A stretch of 64,000 nt of DNA. It comes from a virus. How positions within the stretch are numbered: position 1 is the stretch's first letter; the number at the start of each line of letters is the position of its first letter. Where the stretch lies: positions 90,262 to 154,261 of IMG/VR virus record IMGVR_UViG_3300046665_000434, one strand, 5' to 3'. Under the pieces are notes generated by a model that saw only the letters and a list, made by a program, of their open reading frames with translations, was not told the DNA's origin and searched no databases. Below, in pieces: positions 7,992 through 17,326 of this stretch. The position numbers were made by a program, and so were the translations under genes.

Positions 7992-8780
7992 ATGACAAAG
8001 ATCAACTACCCTATCCTTGGAGCAGAATCCATGAACCCAGACATCGATCGTCCTACACGGCCAACTTTAGCTGAAGCTATCGCAGCGATCACAAAGCCAG
8101 CGCCGTATTGGCCACAAGACCTCATCGTCAAAGTGGTATCGCTACCGTCGAAGATGGCCGCAGACGAGCAGTTGCGTGATGCGTTTATCAACGTAATCGA
8201 AAACTTGGCAACCAATATCAGTTCGTTCAGTACTGAGCGTGTATTGCGGCCAGCTAGTGTCGGCGATGATGTCCTTGAATTCTCCAATAACTTTAATGGC
8301 ATCACTGTCCACGCGCCGGAATACGAGAACAAACCCGTCCTGCGCATGTTGCGCCAGATCCAGAATCAGTACATGGTAGGTCGTAGTCTGTCCCAACTGG
8401 CAAGGGACCCTTTCGCACTGATTGCGTTCGAGCCGAACAAGACTCGTACCGACGTGATCGATGCCTGGTTCATTCCGTCGTTTTTCATCAGCACCCTGCC
8501 TGCACATATTTGCAGTAAGAGTATCAGATCCGCGGCCGATACCGTCATCGGCGGTGAAATTTATTCGTTCGATCTGTCCGGTGAAACCCTCCAGAGTGAT
8601 CTGATCAGCGATGTCGCGTCGAAGATGTACAAGTCTATGATGCTCACTCCGGAAGGTGAACAGACCAACTCTGAGTTCTCATGGCCAGGTGCGTTGAAAC
8701 AGCTGCTGCCTAACGGTAGTACTGATGTACTGAGTAACCGTATGCAAGGTTATTCGGAAGTCATCAAACAGGCAGAATAA
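7992..8780 (+). CDS. Hypothetical protein
   Basis: 262-aa ORF followed by a terminator; possible start at the downstream ATG after GGAG. Confidence 0.75.
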   Translation: MTKINYPILGAESMNPDIDRPTRPTLAEAIAAITKPAPYWPQDLIVKVVSLPSKMAADEQLRDAFINVIENLATNISSFSTERVLRPASVGDDVLEFSNNFNGITVHAPEYENKPVLRMLRQIQNQYMVGRSLSQLARDPFALIAFEPNKTRTDVIDAWFIPSFFISTLPAHICSKSIRSAADTVIGGEIYSFDLSGETLQSDLISDVASKMYKSMMLTPEGEQTNSEFSWPGALKQLLPNGSTDVLSNRMQGYSEVIKQAE

Positions 8781-8790
8781 CCTGATCCCT

Positions 8791-8821
8791 GCATAGGTCC
8801 GGCTACTGCCGGACTTTATGC
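8791..8821 (+). terminator. CATA..TATG-flanked hairpin terminator
   Basis: GCATAGGTCCGGC-TACT-GCCGGACTTTATGC. Confidence 0.7.
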
Positions 8822-8877
8822 CGTGTCATTTCTCACCAAACCGACTTATCTAATAGACAACTAATCGAGCATCTGAA

Positions 8878-9867
8878 ATGACTACATTTATCGTAATGAC
8901 TTATGAACGTTCTTATCATGCCCATCACCGTCACGCCAGCAGTGGCTTTATCGCGTTTGCTGTAGCTAGCGCCGATATATTGGACTATAAACGAACCATA
9001 GTCGATAGCCCTAGCCCTCACCTTACGAAACCTGACCATTTTATCGAGATGGAGTTAGGGTTTCCGCATGCGGTAAGACCATTTTTGAGTGAGCTGGTCG
9101 ACTCGTTCTTTCATCACAAAGACAGTGAACTATGGAAAATGTCGCAGTTCTTGGTGGTTGCTCAGTACGACCCGCAGAAAGACAAGATCGTCAATAAGCA
9201 AATTATCCCGCTGCGCGATATCAAGAAAGCATTTCTGCCGGAGCAACCGATTGACGATAAGTTTTCCAAAGTGGGGTTGGAGTTCCGTAACAACTTGAAC
9301 GAGGAAGATATCTCTATCGTAAAAGAGGTGGCGTTGAACCTCGACCTGAACGAACGGCTGCTCACAAAAGCCAGACGCTGGAATGCTGGAGATAACAAAC
9401 GCCTCGGCCAATTTCAGCTGGTGAAGAACCACTGCAAAATGATCGGTATTCGTCAAGCTCCATTCTCGGTCCACTCTTTAGATACCGATATCCATATTGA
9501 TCGGTTCAATTCGAAGAACATCGAATTGATGGAGACGTTCTTCAATAAACACGTCACTTCGATCGAATACGGTATCGGTGATTTGAGAAGCGCGAAACTC
9601 TTTTACGCCGGCCCTCTTACGGCAGAGATGGTCACTGGCATGGTGGAGTTGTTTAAACGTTCTGAATTCGACATCCTCTATTATCAAACCAATACCCTCG
9701 GTAATGAGGTCGTCGAAGCTGAGGTTCTGAATCTTAGTTCCGGTAGTTTTGGGATCCATGAACAGGCTGGGATGCCAGAGCGTGGCTTTGTTGATTTCCA
9801 CGCCCTCAGACATCCAAAAGGCGAAGGTGCGCTGCGATTCGCCGAACAACTCCACAACCAGCTGTAA
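8878..9867 (+). CDS. Hypothetical protein
   Basis: 329-aa ORF, no recognised motif. Confidence 0.7.
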   Translation: MTTFIVMTYERSYHAHHRHASSGFIAFAVASADILDYKRTIVDSPSPHLTKPDHFIEMELGFPHAVRPFLSELVDSFFHHKDSELWKMSQFLVVAQYDPQKDKIVNKQIIPLRDIKKAFLPEQPIDDKFSKVGLEFRNNLNEEDISIVKEVALNLDLNERLLTKARRWNAGDNKRLGQFQLVKNHCKMIGIRQAPFSVHSLDTDIHIDRFNSKNIELMETFFNKHVTSIEYGIGDLRSAKLFYAGPLTAEMVTGMVELFKRSEFDILYYQTNTLGNEVVEAEVLNLSSGSFGIHEQAGMPERGFVDFHALRHPKGEGALRFAEQLHNQL

Positions 9868-9890
9868 ATAATTACATGATGTCACCGTGA

Positions 9891-10288
9891 TATGTAAAAG
9901 GTCTATCACGGATCAGTTACCTCCTTTGGGGAGCGGTGTTGTAATTCCCCGTCTGGCCGACAACCGCTCTCACTTTTTATTCCTTGGGATCGTATTACGG
10001 TTCCTCAAGAACCCCGCCGCGTAGCGTATTTGCCCGCGCGCGGCTAGGTACTGCACCGCCTCACCCTATAGGTTGCAGTTACAGCCAGCGAAGGCTGGTG
10101 GACCTCGTATAGCGCTGTCGAATGCTGTTAGTTAATGGGGTGGTCTCTCACACTGAGCCGCCAGTTGTCGGTAGGCCGGGTTAAGGCTTGGTCGCCCAGT
10201 TCACCTTGACCTGATCTTGGTGTTCTACCTGAATCTATCGACAAGTCCTGCCTCTCCTGCCTCCTTAGGGAGGTGGGGGAGTTTTATG
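9891..10288 (+). ncRNA. Putative structured non-coding RNA C
   Basis: ~400 nt without a credible ORF; at least seven hairpins; end-to-end helix GATCAG 9911-16/CTGATC 10211-16; TATG at 9891; terminator 10252-10285. Confidence 0.6.
10252..10288 (+). terminator. Intrinsic terminator
   Basis: CTCTCCTGCCTCC-TTAG-GGAGGTGGGGGAG-TTTT. Confidence 0.7.
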
Positions 10289-10352
10289 CTGTTAGGGATA
10301 TGGTATGCAGTGGTAGCCTCCATTGTACCGCAACACTTTAAAGGACTGTCAC

Positions 10353-10877
10353 ATGAAACTCAATATCGCTCTGTCTGCTGTAGCGAACGTGCTGGGTGCT
10401 ATCAACGCTGCCAACACCGCTGTTAGCCTGGCCCTCACCGAAGCCCAGGTTACTTTCGCTGCACCAGCGGTAACTGCCGGCACTGCTGGCCGTAACACCT
10501 CCATTACCTTGACCGGCGTCAATGGCCAGGGCGTCGAAGGTTCTCGTACATTCTCCTACACCCGCCAATCCCTGGCTGCTGGTGCCGTGGCTTCGACTGC
10601 TCCGGCAAGCGTTACCACAGCGCCTGGCGATACCGAAGCAGCTTCGCTGACCAAGGTCGCTACTGCTCTGGGTCTGCTGGCTGGTGAGTTCACTTCGAGT
10701 GCGTTTACCGCTCCTGCGGACATGACCACTCCGGGCACCATCACTCTGACCGCCAACGCGGCCAGTCTGGTGTACACCGGGGCTCGTACGGTGGCTTTGA
10801 ATTTTCCTGACTCCGACGTAGACTTCGCCACCCTGGCGCCGACTACTGACCTGGACGGTTTCGATGCTGAAGCCTAA
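10353..10877 (+). CDS. Virion structural protein, member of the repeated-module family (probably high copy)
   Basis: AAGGA SD; Ala/Thr-rich; module LGAINAAN..VTFAAP..NTSITLT..G...FSYTR..L and DLDGF tail; codon usage like the capsid gene. Confidence 0.8.
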   Translation: MKLNIALSAVANVLGAINAANTAVSLALTEAQVTFAAPAVTAGTAGRNTSITLTGVNGQGVEGSRTFSYTRQSLAAGAVASTAPASVTTAPGDTEAASLTKVATALGLLAGEFTSSAFTAPADMTTPGTITLTANAASLVYTGARTVALNFPDSDVDFATLAPTTDLDGFDAEA

Positions 10878-10894
10878 GGCAGTTAGTTGATACA

Positions 10895-10928
10895 GCATAC
10901 AGCCCCGGCGAAAGCCGGGGCTGTATGC
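10895..10928. terminator. Bidirectional hairpin terminator
   Basis: GCATACAGCCCCGGC-GAAA-GCCGGGGCTGTATGC between convergent genes. Confidence 0.85.
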
Positions 10929-10941
10929 CGTTCGTGTTACA

Positions 10942-12780
10942 TCACGGGTTGTAATGCAGAATCATTCGATTCTGGAACCACGACCCTACCGTCGGCTCGA
11001 TACAAACGCATCGAGTGTACTTGGTCGAGTTAGCCTCAGGAACTGACGTACTCGGCAAGACGAAACGGAACCAGTTACAACCTCCGATACCGCCATCGAC
11101 CTTACTGTCGTTCATCGACCAGTTGGTCCTGTCAGTGTTGGCGTTCAACCAGTTGATAACCGCCGCTGCGGTAGTCGACGGATCGTTAGGCTTCCACCAA
11201 CCTCCAGTACCGAGTGCTTCGAGGTTGGTCTTGATAGCACTGGCATCGTACGCGTACAGGATGTCTCGGCCGATACGGAATACCGAACCTGGAACAAACA
11301 ACGAACTGGTCGACAATACCGTCAGGTTAAAACCAACCAGACCTGTGATAGTTGCATCAGCAACATCGAGAGTAGTCAGCGACAACCCGAACTTACTGTT
11401 GATCGCAGCCAGCGAAGTCCAGATGGTAGATCCCATCCCGCTGCCCGGAAGTGTCAGATCAACTTTGTTTATGAACGCAAGGTTGATCGGGAACCGTTTG
11501 AATTTAAGAGTTACAGCATTCTTAAACCCAGATGGCCTCAATGCCCTCACACTCACGGACGAGTTATACGTAGCATCTCCGGTAATTGTCTGAACCGACT
11601 CGAAGACTACACCGTTTGACTTGAACCCAGTACCGTACTGTTTGTTCAGCTGGGCCAGGAACGATGCCAGAGGCGTCAAGGAGAACGTCGGTTGGATAGG
11701 CGGTTTTGTGATCGCATAAGCCTGGACGTTACGAAGACGCATGATCTTACCAGCAGTGACTGGAGTGAACGTCAATGTGGTGGCGTCGACACTAGCAGCA
11801 GTCCATGCCGCACCATCAGGAGATGTCGGGAAAGTACCCAACGGCAAGTTGTACGTATATGCCGTAGGCATCGCTGTGGCTTTAGCCGTAGACGTCGAAC
11901 CATTGGTGGTCAACGTTGTGTTAACCGTAATCCCCGTCGAATCACCGGCCTGACCGCCCATGCCGAGGACGAGTGCATCGATCGTGTGGTTGGGTGGCAG
12001 GAACGTTGCCAAACTGACTGCCAGTGCTCCGGTATTCGTAGACTGGACAGCGGCTCCTGACGAAGGGAGTACCCAATTCAACGTGTCCAGAAGGGTCGTT
12101 GTATAGATGCCCGTCAAGGGTGCCCAAGCGGAACCTACTGCCGAATCAAGACACAGCGGAACCAGACGACGTGGTCCAATGCGACCGTTGAAGGTATCGC
12201 CAGTCACGTTGTCGTACAGCATGATATCTCGGAAGGAGCACCCGCCTGCATAGTTCGATGGTGAGAGCCTGAAAAACACACCGAAGTTACCAGCAGCGAA
12301 AGCGGTCTTTAGAGTAGCCGACAGTGCTTTACTGCGGACAAACACGTTATTGACGTATACCGAAACCGTCCCCGCTACCGTATCAAACACGTCTTCAATG
12401 TACGCGGTATCACCGACCGCGATGTTAGGACTGAAGTCAGAAACGATCAGGCCGCCATCCGCACTCCCAGTACCGTTGAAGTTCTGGTCAACCGACACCA
12501 TCGTGTGCGCTGGCAACAATGGCACAGCTTCGATGGTAACCCGATACGCCAGAGTGAAACTCGTAGGGTTAGTCATCAACCCCGTGAAGAGGATCGTCGC
12601 GTACGTATCGGTGGTCGAAGTTCCGGGCGGGGCGGTAATCGCCCCTCGGTTGTTAACCTGGAATCCTTTCCCGTTGCTAGGCTCTTGGGCATAGCGAGTG
12701 AATGCATAGCCGCTGGTTGCAAGCCAGGTATCCGTAACGTTCTTGACGCAATGGTCAAATTGAATTGCTGCACGTAACAT
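10942..12780 (-). CDS. Tail-fibre/virion protein: lectin-like N-region + family module + LHYN C-domain
   Basis: Beta-rich N-region shared with 13334 and 14360; C-terminus shared with 16386. Confidence 0.75.
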   Translation of the reverse strand: MLRAAIQFDHCVKNVTDTWLATSGYAFTRYAQEPSNGKGFQVNNRGAITAPPGTSTTDTYATILFTGLMTNPTSFTLAYRVTIEAVPLLPAHTMVSVDQNFNGTGSADGGLIVSDFSPNIAVGDTAYIEDVFDTVAGTVSVYVNNVFVRSKALSATLKTAFAAGNFGVFFRLSPSNYAGGCSFRDIMLYDNVTGDTFNGRIGPRRLVPLCLDSAVGSAWAPLTGIYTTTLLDTLNWVLPSSGAAVQSTNTGALAVSLATFLPPNHTIDALVLGMGGQAGDSTGITVNTTLTTNGSTSTAKATAMPTAYTYNLPLGTFPTSPDGAAWTAASVDATTLTFTPVTAGKIMRLRNVQAYAITKPPIQPTFSLTPLASFLAQLNKQYGTGFKSNGVVFESVQTITGDATYNSSVSVRALRPSGFKNAVTLKFKRFPINLAFINKVDLTLPGSGMGSTIWTSLAAINSKFGLSLTTLDVADATITGLVGFNLTVLSTSSLFVPGSVFRIGRDILYAYDASAIKTNLEALGTGGWWKPNDPSTTAAAVINWLNANTDRTNWSMNDSKVDGGIGGCNWFRFVLPSTSVPEANSTKYTRCVCIEPTVGSWFQNRMILHYNP

Positions 12781-12790
12781 AGTTCAGCTC

Positions 12791-13321
12791 CTAGGACCAG
12801 TCGAGGGTCGTACCGGTAATCACGGCGGTGATTGGTTTCAGCGCCATGCCTAGAACAATCGTCAGGCCGGGAATGAAGAAACGGCTGGTCGTCGCTGCGG
12901 TGAGCGTGATACTCTCGTCCGTACTGGCGATGGTAATGGGATTGATGTCATCAGATGTCAACGTCATCCCACTGGCCGTATTGAGCAACGGCAGCAATGA
13001 AGTCAGGTCTGTTGCAGAACTGAAATCGAAGTGAGATTTATCGTCGATGATCCGGCCGATGTCAACCCGATTGTACGGCAGCGTAATAGAGCCCTGGAGG
13101 TTCGATGTACCTGTAGCCGTCACCAACACCTGGCTGTTGTAGTTGGCATTCCCGGTGAGCACTGTAGGGGCTCCCAGCGTGAAGTCAGACGATGTCCGCG
13201 GAGACTTAGCCGCAGCAATGACCAAGTTCATCAAAGCGACCTGTCCAGTTACCCCTTTTGGCAGAACGGCTGGAGGAATACCGATGGCATAACCAACGAT
13301 GCTTCTGATGGCGATTGTCAT
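12791..13321 (-). CDS. Virion protein, family module only
   Basis: Closely matches the C-terminal ~170 aa of 14360..15859; own GGAGG SD. Confidence 0.8.
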   Translation of the reverse strand: MTIAIRSIVGYAIGIPPAVLPKGVTGQVALMNLVIAAAKSPRTSSDFTLGAPTVLTGNANYNSQVLVTATGTSNLQGSITLPYNRVDIGRIIDDKSHFDFSSATDLTSLLPLLNTASGMTLTSDDINPITIASTDESITLTAATTSRFFIPGLTIVLGMALKPITAVITGTTLDWS

Positions 13322-13333
13322 TTTTGTACCTCC

Positions 13334-14347
13334 TTACGCGTCTGGGGTCATGGTGAGGGTAGTGGCAAGGATCTTACGATCCGTCCATTTACCGCCGTCT
13401 GGAGCAAGTGGGATGTTCGGCAACTTCTGCCCGTAAGTCAACGTGGTAGGAACGACCAGCGTAGTAGAAGTACCCGCAGTAGCTCCCTGCTTCACATCAA
13501 CTTTGAGGTTGGCCGCAGTAGCTGAGGTCGTACGGCCAGATATTGCCAACGATACACCGTCGATCTTGAACCCTGTCGGAATCGAAGACCCAAGACCCAC
13601 TACTAATGGAGTCTTATCCGCAGGGCTGTTGAGCACCGCGGCGTTGTTGTAGTCATTGGTAAGAACTGTCAGCAGATCGGGACTAGCGCCTGACGTCGGA
13701 GTCCATCCCGCACCACTGGCGGTTGCAGCGTAGATAGGCAGAATCTTTCGATCACCGAGCCGAGTCGTGATACCGTCACCTGCCACATCGTCAGCACTGT
13801 GGAAGTCTCTGATCTCCATGACGCCAGCTGAGTTAGCGCTAGACAACATGGGGAAAATATAAAGTCTCCTTGTACTGGCCATCTCGGTCTTAAATGCGGC
13901 CGCCAATACGATTGGTGTTTTTGCCACGCCGTCGTAATACGGAGTGATGGTCCCAGCCGCGATGTCGTAAACGTAATCGACGAACATCGTAGTCCCGACA
14001 GTACTCGCTGGGAAGAAATCCGTAAACGACCCAAGAGAAACTGTATTCGAAGATAACACAGATGGGGCCATGGCAATTGCGAATCCGCTACTACCCGCTG
14101 CCGTTAGTGTCACTCTGAGTCCAAAGAACACTTTAGTCGCAGTAGCACCAAACGTACCCCCGTCGATCTGCATCAACGTGCGGTTAGCGTTAGTGCCAGT
14201 AGGGCACGTCATCGCACCAGCAGTAGTGACGAAAGCACCTTTCCCGACTTCACCGTTATAATGACTAACCGGAATGCCTGCCGTTGTAAACCACGTATCG
14301 ACTACGTTTTTAAGGCAGTGGTCGTAGTTGAAAAAACTGAGTAACAT
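13334..14347 (-). CDS. Virion protein, lectin-like region only
   Basis: DHCLKNVVDTW start shared with 10942; APDGGKWT near the end. Confidence 0.8.
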   Translation of the reverse strand: MLLSFFNYDHCLKNVVDTWFTTAGIPVSHYNGEVGKGAFVTTAGAMTCPTGTNANRTLMQIDGGTFGATATKVFFGLRVTLTAAGSSGFAIAMAPSVLSSNTVSLGSFTDFFPASTVGTTMFVDYVYDIAAGTITPYYDGVAKTPIVLAAAFKTEMASTRRLYIFPMLSSANSAGVMEIRDFHSADDVAGDGITTRLGDRKILPIYAATASGAGWTPTSGASPDLLTVLTNDYNNAAVLNSPADKTPLVVGLGSSIPTGFKIDGVSLAISGRTTSATAANLKVDVKQGATAGTSTTLVVPTTLTYGQKLPNIPLAPDGGKWTDRKILATTLTMTPDA

Positions 14348-14359
14348 ATCGACGCCCTC

Positions 14360-15859
14360 TTACAGGAACCCGTTGAGAACCGGGTTAGGGAATTCAGTGC
14401 TGATGTTCGGGATGTCACGACCGACCAGGAATGTAGAGCCTGGGATAAAGAAGCGACTAGTCGCAGCAGCAGTGAGTGTCACCGATGTGGAACCGGAGAC
14501 GATGTCCCCATCTACGATATCATCAGCGTTGATGGTCATTCCGCTCGCCGTTACCAACTTAGGCAACAGATCGAGGATCTTCACTTCAGAGCCGATGGTC
14601 AGTGAGAGTGGGTCGTCGAACATCCGGGTAAGATCTACCCGGTTGTAGAACATGGTCCACGAGCCACGAAGACCCGACCCTACAGTTGAACCTACCACTA
14701 CTTGAGTGTTAAAGTTCGCATTACCGGTCAACACGTCCGGCGCAGCAGCCGTGAAGTTTGCAGGTACTCGAACCGGCTTAGCGGTCGCAGCGATCAGGTT
14801 TAGCAACGCTTGACGGCCAGTCACGCCCTTAGGCAGTGGAGGCAGTGCGTAGGTAACCGCATAGCCCTGGATGTTAGCGACGTTCACTACCCCGGCCGGA
14901 GTCGTAACCAGATCGATGTTTCCGATCGATGTCTTGGTCAGCTTCTCGCCCAGAGGACCTTTGTGGAATACACCAAGAGATCCGCTGTAGGAGTACCCGG
15001 TTGCTGCGGCGTTGGCCGAAGTACCAGCGAGATCAGTACCGCCTTCGTTCAACTTACCGGCTACGGCGATCACCGCACCGGTGGTCGATCCGAGACCTGC
15101 GTTCAGCTCAATCGCATATGCTGCACGAGATGCAGGGATGGCGCTGAGAAGACGTGTAGTCAACGGCATCACTGGACTAGGAGCTACGGCGATCTTTGTA
15201 GTCGGAACAGCTCCAGGCTCACTCAGAGCGGCTACAAGAGATCCTCCAGCTGGGTTGGTCGTCCAGTTGGTCCCTGTTGCAGCATTCAGAGTAACCGGAT
15301 AGTTCTTCCAGCTGGTGTATGGCCCAGTAGGTTGACCGAGGCTTGCTTGATCATCACTGATGATGATGTCGGACCAGTCGATCTGGTTGGCCACACTACC
15401 TTTGGCTTCCAGGCCGAACGAGAAGCTGCGCAGACCTGCGCCGACGTTGAGGCCGCCGATACTAACCCCATCGCACAGACATTCGACGTTACCCGTTGCG
15501 AAGGTATACGAGAACTCGAGGCAGTATTCTTTGTTGAGGACAAGGTTCGTGATCGCAGCAGCGCGAATCAGGAACGTACCACCGAAGTAAATGATCCCGG
15601 CCTGGTTGTTGACCAGCGCCGTAACGCGAGCTTTTACACTCACCCACAGCTTGGCCGTAGGAGCAGCCAAGTAAGGGTCAAGCGGGATGGTGATTCGTTC
15701 CAGGCCTGCGGTGGTGCTGTTACTGACGATCCAGCCGTTGACGATAGTGTTCGACACAGATTGATCTGCGCCGCGAGTCAAGCCGTGAGTAGCGTAGTTG
15801 GCCCAACTCGTATCGTTCTGCGGTAAATGGTTGACTGCAATAATTGCTCTGACGGCCAT
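14360..15859 (-). CDS. Tail-fibre/virion protein: lectin-like region + family module
   Basis: Concanavalin-like beta pattern (YCLEFSY..GNVECLCDG); module with YNRVDL; VLNGF tail. Confidence 0.8.
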   Translation of the reverse strand: MAVRAIIAVNHLPQNDTSWANYATHGLTRGADQSVSNTIVNGWIVSNSTTAGLERITIPLDPYLAAPTAKLWVSVKARVTALVNNQAGIIYFGGTFLIRAAAITNLVLNKEYCLEFSYTFATGNVECLCDGVSIGGLNVGAGLRSFSFGLEAKGSVANQIDWSDIIISDDQASLGQPTGPYTSWKNYPVTLNAATGTNWTTNPAGGSLVAALSEPGAVPTTKIAVAPSPVMPLTTRLLSAIPASRAAYAIELNAGLGSTTGAVIAVAGKLNEGGTDLAGTSANAAATGYSYSGSLGVFHKGPLGEKLTKTSIGNIDLVTTPAGVVNVANIQGYAVTYALPPLPKGVTGRQALLNLIAATAKPVRVPANFTAAAPDVLTGNANFNTQVVVGSTVGSGLRGSWTMFYNRVDLTRMFDDPLSLTIGSEVKILDLLPKLVTASGMTINADDIVDGDIVSGSTSVTLTAAATSRFFIPGSTFLVGRDIPNISTEFPNPVLNGFL

Positions 15860-15879
15860 GTGTTTTCTCCACCGTTGGG

Positions 15880-16377
15880 CTAGAAGCCAGGCAACGTATT
15901 GTCGACGAAGGCATTGTTGATCAGGATCGAATCAGAGAAGTCGATCGTGACGTTTCCGATCCAGCCGTAACTGTCGGACTTAGCCTCCATCTGGAACGTG
16001 ATAGTGCCGTCCGAGTTTGCTGTGGCCGTATGGTCAACCAAGTCATCGGCGCCGAACGGGATGCCTGAGATCTTCTTCAAGAAAGGAAGCATACCGGCAG
16101 TGTTAGTGCCATCGACTGCTTTGTTGCCTTTCTTGTTGACGAACGTGAACTCGCTCAGATCGATCCGGTTATACCAGACCACGCGCTTGCCAGTACCCAC
16201 TGTCGACGACGGAGTGAACTCGACCGTGATGCGAGTGTTGGCGTTGTACGTAGTCTGTTCGCCGGAAGTGGTCGCTCTCGGGACACCGAGCGTAACATCA
16301 GCAGCAGCGACAGTAACACCGGCCGCGACTGACAGGTACGCTAAGACGTCTTGCTTACTTGTCAAGTAAATGCTCAT
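15880..16377 (-). CDS. Virion protein, family module
   Basis: NTRITV..G...WYNRIDL...SYGWIG..TLPGF. Confidence 0.8.
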   Translation of the reverse strand: MSIYLTSKQDVLAYLSVAAGVTVAAADVTLGVPRATTSGEQTTYNANTRITVEFTPSSTVGTGKRVVWYNRIDLSEFTFVNKKGNKAVDGTNTAGMLPFLKKISGIPFGADDLVDHTATANSDGTITFQMEAKSDSYGWIGNVTIDFSDSILINNAFVDNTLPGF

Positions 16378-16385
16378 CGTGCACG

Positions 16386-17321
16386 TTACCTGTTGTAATG
16401 AAGATAGATTTTACCGGTGAACCAACTATCGGCCGCGGCGTTGAGAACGATCAGCTGGTTGTAGTCCGTGGAGTTGGCTTCTGGATAATTGGCGTTTGGC
16501 AATGCCACGTTGTTCCAATTGATGTTACACGTACCGCCGTCGGTAGACGCTGCACTATTGTTCCAGTTAGTTCGACCGGTGTTAGCATTCAACCAATCGA
16601 GTATCTGGATAAACGGTCCGGTTGCCTGCCCTGCCGGAGAATACCACGGATTCGGGATGGTTGCGAACACCGCTTTAAGTGCAGACGCATCAAGACCATA
16701 AGTCTGAAATTGTCCAAGCGGCTTCTTACCGACCAGAGTCAGGCTACCATCAGGGAATACACGCCCCGCCAGCACTTGCTTAGCATCAGGGATCAGATCC
16801 GTGATCTTAGGCTTGGCAGCAATCCAACGCACAGCGAACGTGCCGATGTATCCGACACTCGTCTCTTTCGCGGTAACTGTCAGTGTTTGAGAAGGACGGC
16901 CTTTGATCAACGGATCGCTAGTCGAAATGGTGAACTGGATGTTGTTGAAGTCATCCGTGGTAAACGCTGTGCCATTCTGACTGTTGATATCCGCCAGAAG
17001 CTGGTACAGCGTAAACGTGTTCTGCGCAGCGCCGTTAGGCACTACCGGACTTGGCTTCATCACGGTCAGCGGGTTACCGCGGAACAGGACAGCCAAGTCG
17101 ATACGACGATAGCGAATTGGCTTGCTGTTGATCCAGGTGGTGTGCGTACCAGGACCTACTGTCAGCGCACTGTTAAGAGTCGGCTTGGACGAGACGCTAA
17201 CTTTGGTCACAGGCCCCAACCGACAGTTGTCCTTAGACACTGGTGTCGGAAGAGAACCCGAGTTGTTAGCGTTGATCAAATCCAACACCAGACTGGTTGA
17301 ATCTTCGGTGATGATCGGCAT
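16386..17321 (-). CDS. Virion protein, family module + LHYN C-domain
   Basis: LDLINANN..YRRIDL..GYIG; ends KIYLHYNR. Confidence 0.8.
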   Translation of the reverse strand: MPIITEDSTSLVLDLINANNSGSLPTPVSKDNCRLGPVTKVSVSSKPTLNSALTVGPGTHTTWINSKPIRYRRIDLAVLFRGNPLTVMKPSPVVPNGAAQNTFTLYQLLADINSQNGTAFTTDDFNNIQFTISTSDPLIKGRPSQTLTVTAKETSVGYIGTFAVRWIAAKPKITDLIPDAKQVLAGRVFPDGSLTLVGKKPLGQFQTYGLDASALKAVFATIPNPWYSPAGQATGPFIQILDWLNANTGRTNWNNSAASTDGGTCNINWNNVALPNANYPEANSTDYNQLIVLNAAADSWFTGKIYLHYNR

Positions 17322-17326
17322 GGTGA

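Noticed and set aside
9891-10288. tRNA or tmRNA in the long intergenic gaps
   Set aside because: I found no T-loop GTTC(G/A)A with an acceptor stem and CCA; a tRNAscan-SE or ARAGORN run would settle it
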